DNA of 64,000 nt from assembly GCF_000315625.1 (NCBI RefSeq), contig NW_005434650.1, forward strand, positions 162,158-226,157, in the 5' to 3' direction. Position numbers and translations under genes: made by a program. This document shows, one piece after another, positions 60,323 to 64,000 of this stretch (position 1 is the first letter of the stretch; each line of letters starts with the position of its first letter). The notes under the pieces are model-generated. The model was not told where the DNA came from, did not search any database, and saw only the letters and a program-made list of their open reading frames with translations. Origin of the DNA: Guillardia theta CCMP2712 (taxonomy: Eukaryota > Protista > Cryptophyta).

Positions 60323-60948
60323 ATGTTGGCCAGGACAGCGAAGATGTGCATGCCGGCGGTGAGACAGGCGTGTCGACGACAGTTTTCCTCATTCAAGGAC
60401 AACGGGAGCAAGATCTTCTGCAGCAAAGTGATCGTTAAGGGTGACAACCATGGCGGTGATGGCGCTTTTGCTGCTTGCGACATCAAACAAGGCGAGCTGG
60501 TCGAACGAGGAATTGTGCGGAGAATTCCAGGGCTTGATGGGATGAAGAACCCCTATGTCTTCACCTGGAGCGACGATGTGCCTAATCATGTCTGGGCCAT
60601 AGGTAGAATCTTTCGATTGGTCACTGTATCAGGATGACGTAATTTATATGGCAGGGTCGGGGTGTGCCACATTCTATAACACTTCTTACGATCCCAACAC
60701 GTCAATGAAGAGATTTTTTGACGAGGACAGGTCTATCAAGAGATATGGACTATGAAAGGCGCATGTAACACTTTGACTTGTTTTTATCAGGTTTGAAATT
60801 TTTGCGATCAAAGACATCAAGGAGGGAGAGGTACGTGTATGAAGGCTCAAAGACATGTTCTGATGGCTGAATGCAGGAGCTCACGCACACATACAAGAGC
60901 AAGAAATGGAGGACATGCTTTGTAGATGACGAGCGACTGCATAAGTGA
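60323..60948 (+). CDS. Small SET-domain protein with a putative mitochondrial presequence
   Basis: MLARTAKMCMPAVRQACRRQFSS; GDGAFAACDIKQGELV; GCATFYNTSYDPN; IFAIKDIKEGE|ELTHTY; three introns. Confidence 0.8.
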
Positions 60949-61350
60949 AGGACCCAGAGTCAGCAGCAGGACATATTCACAGTTACCACACTTCATCGCT
61001 GCTTGCTGTTTTTTTTTGTGTGGCTTTGTTGCCCAGGACTCTCAAGTGTTTGAGGTCAAGCTCACTCAGATTATGATTGGTTGCAACGCAATTTTCCTGA
61101 ATCCTTTTCGTCTCATTCGATAAAGCCAGAGATCTTGAGACGATGCGATCGATTGAAAGTGGAACTACAGGGAAGAGAAGGCGAACGAGGGCAAGAGGAG
61201 GCCGAGACAATAGACACGATGCCCCCACACAATTGTTTGCCATCCTGCATTCCTGCCTGTGTCTCTCAGTGTCGTTCCCCGCCCATCTCTGCCTGAGTCT
61301 TGATTATAGCTTGCGGGACACAGATGTCTCCCGGCTGTTCTCAATGATCA

Positions 61351-61652
61351 GAGAGAGAGGAAGGATGTGCTGGAGGAGGGGACAGGAAGGATGTGCTAGA
61401 GGAGGAGAGAGGAAGGATGTGCTAGAGGAGGAGAGAGGAAGGATGTGCTAGAGGAGGGGAGAGGAAGGATGTGCTAGAGGAGGGGAGAGGAAGGATGTGC
61501 TAGAGGAGGAGAGAGGAAGGATGTGCTAGAGGAGGAGAGAGGAAGGATGTGCTAGAGGAGGAGAGAGGAAGGATGTGCTAGAGGAGGGGAGAGGAAGGAT
61601 GTGCTAGAGGAGGAGAGAGGAAGGATGTGCTAGAGGAGGGGACAGGAAGGAT
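61351..61652. repeat. 26-bp minisatellite GGAAGGATGTGCTAGAGGAGGAGAGA, ~11 copies
   Basis: Visible 26-bp period. Confidence 0.95.
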
Positions 61653-61827
61653 TTCGTACTGCATGGTCGCACTGTTCTGTGCACTTTTGCCGTGCCTGTG
61701 CGTCTGCATGTCTTGTACCCCCTACCCCCTCATTGATCATCAAAACCACCCCTTGTCGATGGAACCTCGCCGACCGTCGCTAGTCAATTTCAATTAGGTA
61801 GCAGCAAGGAGAGGAGGGAGGGTAAGG

Positions 61828-62072
61828 GAGAGCGGTAGAGGAGGGTAGAAGAAGAGCGATAAGGGAAGAGAGGTAGAGGAGGGTAGAGGAAGAGCGATAA
61901 GGGAAGAGATGTAGAGGAGGGTAGAGGAAGAGCGATAGAGGACGAGAGGTAGAGGAGGGTAGAAGAAGAGCGATAGAGGACGAGAGGTAGAGGAGGGTAG
62001 AGGAAGAGCGATAGAGGACGAGAGGTAGAGGAGGGTAGAGGAAGAGCGGTACAGGAGGTTAGGGTAGAGGAG
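61828..62072. repeat. 38-bp purine-rich minisatellite, ~6 copies
   Basis: CGAGAGGTAGAGGAGGGTAGAGGAAGAGCGATAGAGGA recurs at 61943, 61981 and 62019. Confidence 0.9.
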
Positions 62073-62284
62073 AGTTTATGTTCGAAGGAAGGGGGAGGGG
62101 GCGGGGATTCTGTAGAGCGGAGAAATACCGGAGGCTGGGAAAGAGAAGAAGGGAGAGGAAGCAATAGGAAGATGAAGGGGGTCAAGAAGAGATGACAAGG
62201 CGAGCGAAGAAGTGAGTCGTTTGACGGCAAGATCCCTAGAGGACAAGAGAGACGTTTGAGAGCGATCGAACCTTGTTGATTGAG

Positions 62285-64000
62285 ATGCAGATGATGGAGA
62301 AGAATGCGAATGCGGATGACGCGAAGCAGAGGAGCAGTAGTCAGCAGCTGGTGATGCTTCATGCTCTTTACCTTGTCCTCACGAGCGCGCAGTCAAGCAA
62401 TGAAAGCGTTTCCTTTGATGATGAATGTTTGATTGGGCGAGATGTGCCACCAGTCATCGGCATGGAGGTGCTTGGGAGGGTCCAGTCGTGCATGGCCGTT
62501 GAGTCAGCCAGGTTGAGTTCTCGGAAGCCTTCCTCAAGTCTAAGTCGATCATCGACCTTCACACGGTCATGCGAAAAGGTTCCAACTCCTTCCTCCTGCC
62601 TTCCTCCTGGCCATCGTCGCTCGCTTGAGCCTCATGGGCTGCAGGAAAACTCTTGTCGGTGATCGAGACGCCGCTTGGATACAAGTGTGACATCGAGTGG
62701 AACGACGGGAGCGTGCAGCGAGAAGACGCCGGGTTCATGAATCGGTGAAGGAGGAGAAGGGGAGAGGGAAAGGCAGTGGATGACAGATGTTGTGTCAGTT
62801 ATCATCTCTCGCACTTGCCAGCTGTGAAAGTGATTCCTCCCCTCTCTTTCACTTGCCTCTCTCTGCTTGTCTTCCTCTCCTGCCTCCACTCTCAGCATGT
62901 CGTCGGCTGCTCCTCACTCAAGCAAGCAGTCGAGTCCGAGAGTCATGGAGCAGAGCAAACAAGAGCGAAACGTCGGCTTGAGCAAGCTGTCTATGCTCAG
63001 CAAGGCATTCGTCCTCTTCACCGCATCTTTGACTTCCGAGACGACGAGGAGGTTGTATGATTCTGCTGACTTGTGCTGCAGATCACGATGGGAAGGTCGA
63101 AAGGAAGCGAAGACAGTAGAGCAGGTAGAGCAGGTAGAGCAGATCATGTTCGCGCTGCAAGGGAGGAAGTAGAAGCAAAGAATGGAAGAGAGGAGAAAGC
63201 GAACGCATTGAGGTGCGTGCTCTTGTTTTCCTGTCTGAAGCAAGCTCACTTGTCTTGCTGGATAGTGAGGAGAAGAAGAGAAGTCAAGCGATCAACGCAA
63301 GCAACCCCAACAACCCTGCCCCCTCTTCTCTTCTCTCTTCTCCTCCAAAGTATCCTCCTCCCGAGACTCCTCGCAAGACGCTCTCGTCGTCTCCTCCTCC
63401 TCCTCCTCCTCCTCCACCTCCTCCTCTTCCGGCTTATCCACGAGAAGAGTCACTGCAGGAAAGCGAAGTATCTCCGCAGATACAGGAGGAGCGAGGAAAC
63501 CCCTTGGAGGTCGAGGAGGAGACGAGCTGTCGCTCAGCCCCTGCTTGTCACACGCAGACTGACAGCAAGACGCATCCTGATGCTCTTGACTCGTCCCTTG
63601 GCTCCGATTCTGGGAATGCTTCTTTCTCGGTAGCTGCGCTCCCTTGCTCTCCTCTCCTCTCCTCTCCACTCCACTCCTCTCCTCACCTCTCCTCTCCTCT
63701 CCTCACCCTCCCTGCCACTCTGACGTCCACACAGTGCTCTGGGCCGCAGTGTTTGCTATTTTCCCTTGCACAGACGCATCCCACCGCCCAAAGCTCGTCC
63801 CGAGCATGCTGATGATGATCGAGGAGTCCTCGCCCAAGTTGCGCAGCCTCCATTCCGGTAAACCAAACGCAGGCCCGTCGAAGCTGAAGCCTCCCGTGAC
63901 GGTGCCGGCAGAGGCGAGGCCCTGCAGGCTCCTAGCTCCCACAGTGACGCTCAGAAAGCTCGAGCCTGAGCTGCCGGATGCAGGCGCAGTCACGACCGAA
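62285..64000 (+). CDS. Uncharacterised multi-exon protein with a polyproline tract; continues beyond the window
   Basis: Exon-like ORFs 62273-62662 and 63213-63630 (PPPPPPPPPPPLP), plus an open frame from ~63772 to the end. Confidence 0.45.

Noticed and set aside
1-64000. tRNA, rRNA or snRNA genes
   Set aside because: None recognised by eye; tRNAscan-SE and Infernal would be needed to exclude them.

Overview
Gene-dense eukaryotic DNA with many short (~50 nt) GT-AG introns and homopurine/homopyrimidine microsatellites. Intron size, a signal-peptide+LRGG protein and (CCCTAAA)n suggest a cryptophyte alga such as Guillardia theta (inference, not searched). About 20 spliced genes are visible: FN3 protein, PKD2-like channel, TMEM50/Vps68-like, WD40-ankyrin, ATG7, RPC25, histidine phosphatase, two collagen-like proteins, SEL1-repeat protein, cytosolic carboxypeptidase, SLX4-like, Hook-like, kinase, Sfi1-like, ERD2-like and a small SET protein. 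The first ~12 alternate strictly in strand. The standout is a ~6.7-kb gene-free block (~45940-52600) built almost entirely from one CRE-like (RT + restriction-like endonuclease) non-LTR retrotransposon. It holds about 14 near-complete copies of the same 3' terminus plus degenerate and micro copies, variably 5'-truncated, in both orientations and inserted into each other with readable target-site duplications. This self-accreting nest is a candidate centromere or silencing locus. Gene boundaries were read by eye and are approximate. Family assignments rest on recalled motifs, not database searches.
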